DNA from: a virus
Virus record (IMG/VR): IMGVR_UViG_3300021364_000001
Span: 32,001 to 96,000 of that record
Length of the DNA: 64,000 nucleotides
Strand: one strand, 5' to 3'
Of this stretch, positions 28,937-37,526 are shown one piece after another. Each line of letters starts with the position of its first letter. The first letter of the stretch is position 1. The position numbers and the translations under genes are program-made. The notes beneath the pieces are model-generated. The model ran no database searches. It was not told where the DNA came from and worked only from the letters and a program-made list of their open reading frames with translations.

Positions 28937-29853
28937 CAGTCGTTAGCGAGTTTGGCAAAGTATTCAAGGTCAGGATCGCTGTCCTCACTCAATGATTCTA
29001 CACTCTTACCAAACCCAGCACGGAAGGATGAGGTCGGTTCGCTAGGTGTCACATCGGGAGCGTTGAAGTCGTTCACGATGGGATCCTGCTCTTCCTCTTC
29101 GACTCGTGCAGCACGGGAGGTCTTGCCAAGGACAAGGTTCAGACGTGCTTCCAGTTCTTCGTAGGACTTGAAGTTCTTGGGGTCAGTGAAGTCAGCAAGA
29201 GAGTATTGCTGATTGTAGATTTCTTCGAGTTTATCATCATCAAAGTCACCCAGTGTGCTAGCAGCAGCGAACTCAGAACGATCGTAGTTCCAGTAACCAT
29301 CTTGCTTGACGATCTTCAACTTGAAGTCAGCACCTTCCCAGAAGCAGAAGGGATTGATGGGTTTCTCGTCCTCGAACTGAGGTTTCATTGCCTCAACGAT
29401 CTTGTCGTGAATCTTCTTACCATACTTGTAGAGGAAGACACGACCCTCGTTCTCAGGGTGAAGGGGATCCTTGACAACATAGATGTTAGAGTAGTAAGAC
29501 AGTTTACGCTTCTGCTTACGAGCAATCTCCTTGTCAGAATCAAGACCACTGTTCCAGAGGACTCGGTTCAGGTCACCAAGAGGATCCTTCTGACCGAGAG
29601 TAGTCAGGGAGTTCTCGATGTACCAACCACCAGGACCTTGGAAGGCGTGAGACCAGACCTGTGCCCAGGGCAGATCCTCACCAGTGGGAGCAGGAAGGAA
29701 GCGGATGACAGCATAACCGTTGCCTGCTTTGTCCACCTCTGGTTTCCAGAGGCGTTCGTCGGGACCATTGCCCGAACCTTTGCTCATCTTGTCCAGTTCC
29801 TTAGTCAGAGCGGCGATAGAACCGCTGGACTTTTTGAGCGATGCGAAAGACAT
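28936..29853 (-). CDS. gp32: Single-stranded DNA-binding protein gp32
   Basis: DERLWKPEVDKAGNGYAVIRFLP, WYIENSLTT, KRKLSYYSNIYVVKDP, acidic tail. Confidence 0.97.
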   Translation of the reverse strand: MSFASLKKSSGSIAALTKELDKMSKGSGNGPDERLWKPEVDKAGNGYAVIRFLPAPTGEDLPWAQVWSHAFQGPGGWYIENSLTTLGQKDPLGDLNRVLWNSGLDSDKEIARKQKRKLSYYSNIYVVKDPLHPENEGRVFLYKYGKKIHDKIVEAMKPQFEDEKPINPFCFWEGADFKLKIVKQDGYWNYDRSEFAAASTLGDFDDDKLEEIYNQQYSLADFTDPKNFKSYEELEARLNLVLGKTSRAARVEEEEQDPIVNDFNAPDVTPSEPTSSFRAGFGKSVESLSEDSDPDLEYFAKLAND

Positions 29854-29887
29854 TGTATTCTCCGTGTGTGTTTTGTATTTGGTCTGT

Positions 29888-29911
29888 GTACCCCGAAGGG
29901 TACTGTATTTA
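29888..29911 (-). promoter_or_regulatory. Late promoter TAAATA plus cUUCGg leader hairpin of gp32
   Basis: TAAATA at 29906-29911 followed by GTACCC-TTCG-GGGTAC at 29888-29903. Confidence 0.65.
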
Positions 29912-29945
29912 GGCGAGGAGAAGGAGCACTCCTGACCACCCCAAT

Positions 29946-29980
29946 AATATACGGCATGAAAAAGGGGGTGTCAACCCCCT
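29946..29980 (-). promoter_or_regulatory. Sigma70 promoter TTGACA-N17-TATATT whose -35 box is the loop of a terminator hairpin
   Basis: AGGGGG-TTGACA-CCCCCT-TTTT at 29980-29959; TATATT at 29951-29946. Confidence 0.75.
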
Positions 29981-30336
29981 CCTTGTAGTTCTTTTTTCCA
30001 ACCGATCAACTTGTCTTCCATGACCTGTAAGATCGCTAGCAGGTTGCCCTGCCCTCCTGTGTAGAGGGATGACACCATGTCAATCCGATCCTTCATGCTC
30101 TTGACTTCGGACTCGTCGTCCCCTTCTTCTTCCACATAGTTTGCCATCATCTCCAAGCGAGAGTAGAAAACTTTCTGCTTAGCAATAAGTTCTAGTGTCT
30201 TGTTGATGTGTTCGATCTTTTGACCAGGATCAAAGTTCTCAAAGTCCTGAGACATTTTGAGTAGGTCAGTGTATGTTGATTGCAATTCGTTCAGTTCTTC
30301 TTGAACGATTTCTGACTTAAAGAATTCGTCAGTCAT
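29971..30336 (-). CDS. DUF1825-like cyanobacterial protein
   Basis: MTDEFFKSEIVQEEL.ELQ..Y...LIAKQKVFYSRL; ATGA-coupled start at 30336. Confidence 0.7.
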   Translation of the reverse strand: MTDEFFKSEIVQEELNELQSTYTDLLKMSQDFENFDPGQKIEHINKTLELIAKQKVFYSRLEMMANYVEEEGDDESEVKSMKDRIDMVSSLYTGGQGNLLAILQVMEDKLIGWKKELQGGG

Positions 30337-30653
30337 AGTTTTCCTCCTACCACGCCACTGTTTACGACGCGGGTGTAATCGTCTAGTGATCCATCCTGAA
30401 TACATTTCAGATGCCAACGAGAGATTTGAAGCACTGCTTCTTCTGTTGGTCCAGTGATGAAGTGTTGACCCAGTGGTTCTTTCAGGATGGATGTGTAAAG
30501 ACCAAAGCGTGTCTTCTTAATGTAGAAAGCATCATCAATCCACTCAACGTCCAGAGGGATCTCCTTCTCTACTGTACCACCAAAGGATTGGGAGAGTTTA
30601 GAGCGGAAGGATTCCACGACTGGTTCGTTTGATGCAGTTGAGTTGTTGGGCAT
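30333..30653 (-). CDS. Conserved hypothetical protein
   Basis: 106-aa ORF ending VNSGVVGGKL. Confidence 0.65.
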   Translation of the reverse strand: MPNNSTASNEPVVESFRSKLSQSFGGTVEKEIPLDVEWIDDAFYIKKTRFGLYTSILKEPLGQHFITGPTEEAVLQISRWHLKCIQDGSLDDYTRVVNSGVVGGKL

Positions 30654-30843
30654 TGGCTTTGATCTTGTCTTTGAGTGGTTTGCTGATAAGTTTACCTACC
30701 ATTTCAAACTCGATCTCATACTCTTCACAGACTGATGCAACTGCTTCGATGTAGTTGATGAGACCGTTGTTGTTCTGTACGGTGTGTTCAACCAGTGCGC
30801 TGAACTTGTTCTGAGTCATGAAGTTTTCTTCTAGTTCTTTCAC
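30598..30843 (-). CDS. gp33: Late transcription coactivator gp33
   Basis: KFS..VE...NYIEAV..VCEEYEIE.E.V.KLISKPLKDKIK motif; GTG start overlapping the exonuclease stop assumed. Confidence 0.85.
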   Translation of the reverse strand: MKELEENFMTQNKFSALVEHTVQNNNGLINYIEAVASVCEEYEIEFEMVGKLISKPLKDKIKANAQQLNCIKRTSRGILPL

Positions 30844-31520
30844 TTGATACTCTCCTGAAAGAATCGATAGTCTTTGATCCATTGGCAGAGCGTATCAATG
30901 TATGGTATCTTATCATACTTTTCAACGACCTGCGTCTGTCCGTCTTCCGCAACAGAAAGTGTCACAAGTTTCTTGACCTCAACACCAGTGCGTTCCCAAT
31001 ACATGTAAGCATACGCTGCTTCCTGTACGAAATACTTCTCCAACCAGGACTCCTGTTTGAGTTCCTTAGTTGTCTTGAAGTCAATGATTGCTAGATCGCC
31101 ATCAAACTCAGCAATACAGTCAACACGACCAGCAATGCATAGATCATCAGAATAAAGAGGGGCTTCAAGAACGTGAACATTATCAATACGATCAAGCACC
31201 TCACGAGCAGCCCTGAAAAGGATCGCGGGTAGACCCGTGCTCTCTTTAACTGCTTCCAGATTCCCTTTGATGTAGTTCTCGACGATGCCATGATACTTGG
31301 TGCCTCTCCATGATGATGTGCGACGGATCTTCTCTGCCTCAGTCCAACCTACCTTCTTCTCCCACTTCCTGATACCCTCGATGGATTGATGACCAACGAC
31401 AGTAGTCACAGAGGGATACCAGTTTCCGTTTGGTGCTTTGTAGAAGCGACCTTTCTCACCTGTCCTGCTTTCAAGTTCTTTTAACTCAGAAGCAGGACCC
31501 ACATGATTAAATGTCTTCAT
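30840..31520 (-). CDS. PD-(D/E)XK exonuclease
   Basis: YPSVTTV, RGTKYH, AGRVDCIAEFDG.LAIIDFKT, QEAAYA. Confidence 0.85.
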   Translation of the reverse strand: MKTFNHVGPASELKELESRTGEKGRFYKAPNGNWYPSVTTVVGHQSIEGIRKWEKKVGWTEAEKIRRTSSWRGTKYHGIVENYIKGNLEAVKESTGLPAILFRAAREVLDRIDNVHVLEAPLYSDDLCIAGRVDCIAEFDGDLAIIDFKTTKELKQESWLEKYFVQEAAYAYMYWERTGVEVKKLVTLSVAEDGQTQVVEKYDKIPYIDTLCQWIKDYRFFQESIK

Positions 31521-32278
31521 CAATTAAAACCGAGATTATTTTTGGAGATAAGGTACTCACGAACGATACCAGAACGTACGATGTCTTCAATCCCAAACTC
31601 CACACACTCAAACGAGGGCATGGTTTGAAGGATCTTCATGAAGTCTAGCACACCAGTGCGCTCGTTGCTCTTGATGAGGTCAGACTGGGTGTAGTCACCA
31701 GAGAAAATAATCTTGGCGTCTTCACCGACACGGGTGATGATAGAGTCTAGTTCATGGAAGTTCAGGTTAGAGAACTCATCCACAATTATAATGCACTTGT
31801 CAAGGGTGACACCACGAATGAATGACGTGGACCAGAATGAGACAGTCTCTTGTGCTCTGAGATTATCGTAGAGCATCTCGAAACTATTATCATCAGGCAT
31901 GGTGAACATGTACTTCACCATATTCTTGTATGGAATCTGGTACAGGTTACTCTTATCCTCGTGATCACCAGGCAAGAACCCGATCTCCCTGGTAGGCACC
32001 AGCGAACGAACCATATAAATCTTTTCGTACGGAGACTCAGGATCTAACACCTGCTGCATAGCGAGGTAGAGACTAATGAAAGTCTTACCTGTACCAGCGG
32101 CACCATGTAGCACCAGATTCTTCCCCTCAGCATATGCATTGAACACCTTCTCCTGATTATCAGTCAGGGGTTCGATAGTTTTAAGGTGATCAAGGTTGAT
32201 CGGTTTCTTCCGTCTCATTTGCTTGGCAGTCATACCATTCATGTTCGGAGTCTTCTGACGCTTTCTTGCTGCTGGCAT
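31520..32278 (-). CDS. phoH: PhoH-family ATPase
   Basis: GAAGTGKT Walker A, IGFLPG, RGVTLD..IIIVDE, GDYTQSDL, DIVRSG. Confidence 0.95.
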   Translation of the reverse strand: MPAARKRQKTPNMNGMTAKQMRRKKPINLDHLKTIEPLTDNQEKVFNAYAEGKNLVLHGAAGTGKTFISLYLAMQQVLDPESPYEKIYMVRSLVPTREIGFLPGDHEDKSNLYQIPYKNMVKYMFTMPDDNSFEMLYDNLRAQETVSFWSTSFIRGVTLDKCIIIVDEFSNLNFHELDSIITRVGEDAKIIFSGDYTQSDLIKSNERTGVLDFMKILQTMPSFECVEFGIEDIVRSGIVREYLISKNNLGFN

Positions 32279-32279
32279 A

Positions 32280-32510
32280 TCAAGTGTATCGTGAAAGGTT
32301 AGCACCAGGGTGAGCCTGTTGGATCTTGGACATCACATCCTTGAATCCATCCGACTGCTTTGGTTTACCATAGGTAGTACCGTTGGTTTGATTACCAAGA
32401 TACCGTTCTAGTTCTGGATGCTCTGCCTTGTATTTATCAAGGTCATGTATGGACATCCTGACTTCGGTGATCTCGTTAGTTTCTTTGTTTCTAAACTCGT
32501 AGGTAGGCAT
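32280..32510 (-). CDS. FmdB-like small protein lacking Zn-ribbon cysteines
   Basis: MPTYEF N-terminus. Confidence 0.6.
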   Translation of the reverse strand: MPTYEFRNKETNEITEVRMSIHDLDKYKAEHPELERYLGNQTNGTTYGKPKQSDGFKDVMSKIQQAHPGANLSRYT

Positions 32511-32512
32511 TG

Positions 32513-32707
32513 TTACTTCCTATTCTGTGGTTGTGCAATGGCACAGATGTACTTTGCCGATGGCATGTCTGCCTCGAAAAGTTTCTTTGCCTCATTCTGA
32601 GATGCTGCCATGACTTTCTTGAAGTGATGACGATTTCCTGTGCTGTTCAGGGTGTAGGTAATCTGATAGGGATACTGTTTCATGGTGTGCTCAATGTGAT
32701 GGGTCAT
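32513..32707 (-). CDS. Hypothetical protein
   Basis: 64-aa ORF (start may be 32683). Confidence 0.55.
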   Translation of the reverse strand: MTHHIEHTMKQYPYQITYTLNSTGNRHHFKKVMAASQNEAKKLFEADMPSAKYICAIAQPQNRK

Positions 32708-32855
32708 TAGATTTCACAAACTCTTCACGAATCTTTTGTTTGATCCAACCAGACCGCGACTGGTAGGTCTCTTTCCTACCTTGGTCCAGAAGTTCTAGAA
32801 GTTCTAGTTCATCTTGTCCGAAAGAAATGCAGACAGTTTTGTTTGTTCTAGTCAT
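32691..32855 (-). CDS. Ribbon-helix-helix (CopG/Arc-like) DNA-binding protein
   Basis: TVCISF strand, then helix DELELLELLD and SRSGWIKQKIRE helix; ATGA-coupled to thyX. Confidence 0.6.
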   Translation of the reverse strand: MTRTNKTVCISFGQDELELLELLDQGRKETYQSRSGWIKQKIREEFVKSNDPSH

Positions 32856-33553
32856 GGTATAAGAAGTGCAGATTGGTAACAAGGATCATCATTCTCAGGG
32901 CAGTCACAGTCAGAAGCACACCAACCCAATGCCTCAGCAACAGTCGGGAACTGACATACAAAGTGACGCTTACAGAGTTCAGCGATCTCCATGTGTTCTT
33001 TCTGTGTACCATTAGCAGTACGCAGATTGATATAATGGATCCATGATCTGAGATTTCCCGTCATGTAGAGTTTTGTTCCTACGGCGAGGGGAAGCACGAA
33101 GCGAGCACACTCCTTTGCAATATCATCTTCAAGCATCTGTTGATAGAGTTCCATACCACGCTTGAAGTAATCTTGCATGAGGATCTCATACTTCTGAACC
33201 AGAAAAGGATCCAGGTCATCGATACTATTCTGCCTGTTCTTGGTGTCTTGACGACGCAGTTGAGGCAGTTGGATGTCACCCAGTGCAGACGAGTCTGCAT
33301 ACCGTTGGGAAAACTCTTGGAAGCAGAACGAACGGTGCCTCAGAATTTGAGCCGCCAGTCCCCTGGTAGTCTCAATCTGCAACGTCATACTTGCCTGCTC
33401 AAACACAGACCAATGTCCATGCTTGATGCAATACTTCAACAGACCAGCAACCTTAGGGTTGTCCTGGTTTGCTGGGTTGCTTACGCGAGCAATGTAACCA
33501 ATGGTTTTCTCTGCATCAGGAGTGACAGAGACAAGACATACTTTTGCTTTCAT
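32852..33553 (-). CDS. thyX: FAD-dependent thymidylate synthase
   Basis: HGHWSVFE, RHRSFCFQEFSQRY, ARFVLP, LRTANGTQKEH. Confidence 0.96.
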   Translation of the reverse strand: MKAKVCLVSVTPDAEKTIGYIARVSNPANQDNPKVAGLLKYCIKHGHWSVFEQASMTLQIETTRGLAAQILRHRSFCFQEFSQRYADSSALGDIQLPQLRRQDTKNRQNSIDDLDPFLVQKYEILMQDYFKRGMELYQQMLEDDIAKECARFVLPLAVGTKLYMTGNLRSWIHYINLRTANGTQKEHMEIAELCKRHFVCQFPTVAEALGWCASDCDCPENDDPCYQSALLIP

Positions 33554-33792
33554 TTTATAAGAAGACGCGAGACGATGTACAGTCCTAAGGATTGAAGATA
33601 TCCTATCATAGGTAGTCCAAAGATGGCAGGCATCGAAACATTCCACGCTGCCCAGATAACAAACGGAGCAACAATCATTCCACCAAGGAAACCAAGGGTA
33701 GTAAGTGCCACCATCTTACTATCTTGATCAGTCCAAGGTTGTTCTTCTTCATCAGGTTTCTTGATGTTGAAGGTATACATGGAGTTTTTCAT
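33550..33792 (-). CDS. Hypothetical membrane protein
   Basis: Two hydrophobic segments. Confidence 0.6.
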   Translation of the reverse strand: MKNSMYTFNIKKPDEEEQPWTDQDSKMVALTTLGFLGGMIVAPFVIWAAWNVSMPAIFGLPMIGYLQSLGLYIVSRLLIK

Positions 33793-34061
33793 TTCTTTTT
33801 CTTGTCCTTTTGCTGTGCCCCATACAGTTTAGGATTAACTCTTCCTTCTGTCTGGGTCATGTTTACAAAGTCATGGCGGTAATGATCCCAATAATGATCA
33901 AAGATGTCTACTCTCTTAGGAGCAACAGCAATGTCAAACTTGGTCATACCATCCAAGGTATATTCAATCAAGTAGGCAGTGTAAGGCAAGGACCTGTCTT
34001 GACTCAATGATGGGTCACAGTCCTCGAAGAGTATCTTAATCTTCAAGAGCGATTGCCCCAC
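33789..34061 (-). CDS. Conserved hypothetical protein
   Basis: CDP...DRSLPYTAYLIEY...IFDHYWD.Y...EGRVNPKL. Confidence 0.65.
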   Translation of the reverse strand: MGQSLLKIKILFEDCDPSLSQDRSLPYTAYLIEYTLDGMTKFDIAVAPKRVDIFDHYWDHYRHDFVNMTQTEGRVNPKLYGAQQKDKKKK

Positions 34062-34474
34062 TGAATGCTAGGAAATGCCTCAGTGACACATGCTTTGGTG
34101 ACTTTATACTTCTTACCAAGAGTCTTATCCTTGGCAGCAATGACAACCTCTGCCTCATCAGGATGCAGTCCTTCGAGCAGTTGAATGAACATCTGCTCAC
34201 GCTTCATGCCACTGATGTTAGATCCACCCTTGAAGAAGTGGTGGAGGATACGTGCTTCATGTTCCAGTCGTGTGTGCTCAGTGCCAGCAGGTGCTTCGTT
34301 CTTGTTGTATGGAGGAGCACCCTCGGGCAGCATGGACACGATGGATTCATCGTAGTTGATGATCAGAATAGATTTAAGTGCTTGACTTACGTTGTCTTGC
34401 AGGATCTTAATCTTTTCTGCCTTAGTCTTTGCGCTGTGTGCCTTTTGCAGGACTTCGGAGATTAACAGTTTCAT
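34043..34474 (-). CDS. Conserved T4-like hypothetical protein
   Basis: MKLLISEVL...LPEG.PPY...KREQMFIQLLEGLHPDEA; usual neighbour of rnh. Confidence 0.7.
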   Translation of the reverse strand: MKLLISEVLQKAHSAKTKAEKIKILQDNVSQALKSILIINYDESIVSMLPEGAPPYNKNEAPAGTEHTRLEHEARILHHFFKGGSNISGMKREQMFIQLLEGLHPDEAEVVIAAKDKTLGKKYKVTKACVTEAFPSIQWGNRS

Positions 34475-34475
34475 T

Positions 34476-35351
34476 TCAAAAGTCAGTGATGTGATCTAGC
34501 ATTTCGGTCAACTCATGTCTACCGAAGTAGACATACATCTGTCCTCGACCAGGAGGTTCAGTAGTTTCAAATGTATTTATGATGTTGGCATTGACCTCAT
34601 CAGGAATGCATTCAAAGTCAATGAGTTTACGATTGCGTTCGTAGTTCTGTGCAGTTACATCATCGCAGAACTGTTCGGGAGACATGTCCAACCACCGTTC
34701 AACTTTTACTTTGGACAGTGGACGTTGACGTTTGCCAGCAACGAAGGTGTCATCATCAGACAGATAGTTGGGGATACCATCTCCTCTGTCACCTTTGATG
34801 ATGTGCTCCAAGAGATACTTCTTGGGGTCTTCGCACATGACAAACTTCTTCTGGATAGGATTGTACTGTGAGACAAACTTATACCGTTGGAGTTGTTGAA
34901 AGTCTTTGTCTCCACTCATGATGAGGACTTTCTGTGGTGGTTGCATGTTGTTCTGCAACCTGATGTTACGGTATGCTTGGTCTTTTACAAGGGATGCAAT
35001 GACATCATCTGCCTCAGCACCATCGACTTCGATAACCTTGTAAGGAAGATTCTCTTTGATCTCGTCACGAATACGATTCAAGACTTCAAAGATCTCATTC
35101 CAATCCAGAGAAGACTTCTCTCGATCTTTCTTGCGTGTGCCTTTATAGTAGGGAAACTCTTTGCGTCGCCAGTAATGCTTGCTGTCATAACAAAGGACCA
35201 GTTCACCATACTCCTTACCAAACTTAGAGCGATAGAATCGCAATGAGTTCAGTACCATATGGCGGACTAGTCCTTCGCTGATAGTCTGACTGGTTGACAA
35301 AGAAACCATCAGGTTGCTGATGCTAACCTGATTCATATCAACAAGGATCAT
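34476..35351 (-). CDS. rnh: T4-type RNase H (5'-3' exonuclease)
   Basis: ILVDMNQ, YWRR..FPYYKG.RKK, GAEADDVIA, SGDKDF.QL, GDRGDGIPN. Confidence 0.95.
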   Translation of the reverse strand: MILVDMNQVSISNLMVSLSTSQTISEGLVRHMVLNSLRFYRSKFGKEYGELVLCYDSKHYWRRKEFPYYKGTRKKDREKSSLDWNEIFEVLNRIRDEIKENLPYKVIEVDGAEADDVIASLVKDQAYRNIRLQNNMQPPQKVLIMSGDKDFQQLQRYKFVSQYNPIQKKFVMCEDPKKYLLEHIIKGDRGDGIPNYLSDDDTFVAGKRQRPLSKVKVERWLDMSPEQFCDDVTAQNYERNRKLIDFECIPDEVNANIINTFETTEPPGRGQMYVYFGRHELTEMLDHITDF

Positions 35352-35357
35352 TAGACC

Positions 35358-35597
35358 TCAATCGTCTTCGTCAAACATCATATCATCTTCGTCGTCGATG
35401 TGCAAGTAGATCAGAGGCTGATCAGTCAGTTCTCCGTTCTCGTCGTACATCTCAGGGTGCATAGCAATCTTGGCATACTCTGCACGGTCAACCCACACAT
35501 CAAAGATATGCTTTAAGTTCCAGGATGCCAAGAATCCCAGAACAAAACTTCCGATAGTGAGGAAGAAAGCAATGTAAAGAAATGAAGCATCTGCCAT
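35358..35597 (-). CDS. Hypothetical membrane protein
   Basis: N-terminal TM helix; HPEMYDENG motif; acidic tail. Confidence 0.65.
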   Translation of the reverse strand: MADASFLYIAFFLTIGSFVLGFLASWNLKHIFDVWVDRAEYAKIAMHPEMYDENGELTDQPLIYLHIDDEDDMMFDEDD

Positions 35598-35616
35598 GGC
35601 GTTCCTCCTATGTGGT

Positions 35617-35784
35617 CTAAGTATTTATGGGAGAATCCAGATAATTCTCTGAATATGCTACGTCCCACAACTCAGTGAGGATAGTTTCATACTCTTTGTA
35701 TGCTGTACCATCCACAATGCTGTTCACTTGCTTAGCACGAACAGCATCGTAGATAAGTTTCCACTGATGATGATTCAGATTCAT
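35617..35784 (-). CDS. Small hypothetical protein (55 aa; not in ORF track)
   Basis: MNLNHHQWKLIYDAVRAKQ...; ATGA-coupled to the upstream gene and fills the gap. Confidence 0.65.
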   Translation of the reverse strand: MNLNHHQWKLIYDAVRAKQVNSIVDGTAYKEYETILTELWDVAYSENYLDSPINT

Positions 35785-36143
35785 TTCTTTTTCACTTTGG
35801 TTCCAGGTTTGCGTCCTGGTTTACGCTCTGCATGATAATCCCAAGCATCCTTCAAGATACCATAGAGATAGTCCTTGATCTTTCTTGCTTTGGGTTTGGG
35901 TAGGTAACCATACGCTTCACGTAGGGTCTTATCACCACCCTTGATATACTCTTCCAGTTCTAAGACAAGGAAGTTTAGGTTAGCAGCACACTGACTTTCA
36001 ATAAACTCATTGGTCTGTCGTCGTGTCCACTTGTTTGTTTTTAAGTATGGGTACAATCTGAACAGGAACTTCTGCTCAGTCATGGCAAGATCTATGGACT
36101 TGTCCACGAGTTCATATAGTTCCTGTTCATTATGCTGAGTCAT
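35781..36143 (-). CDS. Conserved hypothetical protein
   Basis: ...GGDKTLREAYGYLPKPKARKIKDYL...; TGATG-coupled to glutaredoxin. Confidence 0.65.
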   Translation of the reverse strand: MTQHNEQELYELVDKSIDLAMTEQKFLFRLYPYLKTNKWTRRQTNEFIESQCAANLNFLVLELEEYIKGGDKTLREAYGYLPKPKARKIKDYLYGILKDAWDYHAERKPGRKPGTKVKKK

Positions 36144-36394
36144 CAGAGGCACTTGTTCTCACGAAGATAGGCAATCGACTCGGTGCATCCACCGATCTTG
36201 TTCCCATTGATCAGAACCTGAGGGAAGGTAGCACGTTGACCAAACTCCTGTCGGAACTGGTCACGAGTGAAGTTCTGATCGAGAACGAGTTCACTATACT
36301 GCCAACCTCGCATCCTGTAAACCTCTTTGATCTTTGTGCAGTAGGGACACCCAGGACGAGTGTAGATAACTGTACCACCAGGATTCTTAGCCAT
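36143..36394 (-). CDS. nrdC: Glutaredoxin
   Basis: CPYC active site, TFPQV, IGG. Confidence 0.92.
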   Translation of the reverse strand: MAKNPGGTVIYTRPGCPYCTKIKEVYRMRGWQYSELVLDQNFTRDQFRQEFGQRATFPQVLINGNKIGGCTESIAYLRENKCL

Positions 36395-36414
36395 AATAAT
36401 TTCAGGTAGAGATT

Positions 36415-36436
36415 AAAAAAGGGGACCGAAGTCCCC
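36415..36436 (-). terminator. Intrinsic terminator (cUUCGg loop)
   Basis: GGGGAC-TTCG-GTCCCC-TTTTTT. Confidence 0.88.
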
Positions 36437-36464
36437 TTTATATATTATATCAACGCGATTGGGA

Positions 36465-36836
36465 TCAGAAGGAATACTTCACACCCAGTTTACCGCCGTA
36501 GCCACGGTCGATGTCGCTGTCGCCAGAACCAACGAAGGAGACTTCACCATAGACGCCCAGGGACTCGGTAGCAGCGATGCCAATACCAGCCTTACCAGAA
36601 GGAACGGTGTCATCAGCAGCACCATCGGGAGCCAGGTAGGTAGCACCACCTTGGACGTACCAGGAAGCAGACTCACCCAGGGCACCCTCGTAGCCTACGT
36701 GGAAATCTGTCGCGGCACCGTTGTAGTCCGTGCCAGTCCAACCAGCATTGGTTTCCACGTTGACGTAGGGACCTGCAAGGGCAGCAGCAGGAGCGAAAGC
36801 AAGAGCAGCAGCGGCTGCGAAAGCAGTTTTGATCAT
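36465..36836 (-). CDS. Small outer-membrane beta-barrel protein
   Basis: Signal peptide, alternating amphipathic strands, C-terminal GVKYSF signal. Confidence 0.75.
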   Translation of the reverse strand: MIKTAFAAAAALAFAPAAALAGPYVNVETNAGWTGTDYNGAATDFHVGYEGALGESASWYVQGGATYLAPDGAADDTVPSGKAGIGIAATESLGVYGEVSFVGSGDSDIDRGYGGKLGVKYSF

Positions 36837-36930
36837 TGTTGTTTACCTTAGTTACTTGCGGAATGGTTACCCGCAGATGGATAGGGACTCGACTTGTCCC
36901 GTTTGTTACAGACCGTTAAGTCTTAACGGT
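36837..36930 (-). promoter_or_regulatory. Structured 5' leader of the OMP gene (palindrome plus two hairpins)
   Basis: ACCGTTAAG-A-CTTAACGGT; GGGAC-AAGTCGA-GTCCC; TGCGG-GTAACCATT-CCGCA. Confidence 0.45.
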
Positions 36931-36980
36931 ATATGTATAATACCACAGACTTCAAAATCGTTTGCCTTGTGACAGTTGAG

Positions 36981-37526
36981 TTAGGAAAACGTAACAACCA
37001 ACACAATTCGACGACCAGATGTCGGTGGAATCATACAATGCATACCATCAAAGACAACGATGTCGTCCTCTTTGGGGTGATGCATGTCTCGAACCAGATC
37101 GGTTCGTTCAGTAAGTATAGTAGGTCCCCCTGCGTCTGTCAAGTACACGATCAGATTCTTGTGGGGGAACTGGTGGTCCACATGAGGTGGGGTCATCTTG
37201 TCAGACCCAGGGTGGACTAGGTTGGCATTGACTCGGTACAGACAGTTCACAGGGATCTGATTGTACTCAAAGATCTCCTCAATAGCAGGATAGATCTTCT
37301 GGAAATGATTGGATGCAGGTGTGGGGAACAGAGTGCCAGAGATATTCTCCCACTTAGGACGTGCTAGCAGGACGTGACTGTAAAATCCATCCTGATTGAA
37401 GTCACTGAGTTCTGAGTTCTTTACTGTGAAGTCTGTCCAAAACCAAGGGAAGTCATTACCAATGATGAATCGTTTCATCTCTCGATACTGTAAGGTATCG
37501 GGAGCCTTATATAAAGTAAAGGTCAT
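36981..37526 (-). CDS. 2OG-Fe(II) oxygenase-like protein
   Basis: PPHVD...IVYL..AGGPT...VFDGMH...RRIVL. Confidence 0.7.
   Translation of the reverse strand: MTFTLYKAPDTLQYREMKRFIIGNDFPWFWTDFTVKNSELSDFNQDGFYSHVLLARPKWENISGTLFPTPASNHFQKIYPAIEEIFEYNQIPVNCLYRVNANLVHPGSDKMTPPHVDHQFPHKNLIVYLTDAGGPTILTERTDLVRDMHHPKEDDIVVFDGMHCMIPPTSGRRIVLVVTFS

Noticed and set aside
36920-36945. GTA...TAC near the OMP promoter as an NtcA site
   Set aside because: Spacing is N9, not N8; a second candidate has GAC instead of TAC.
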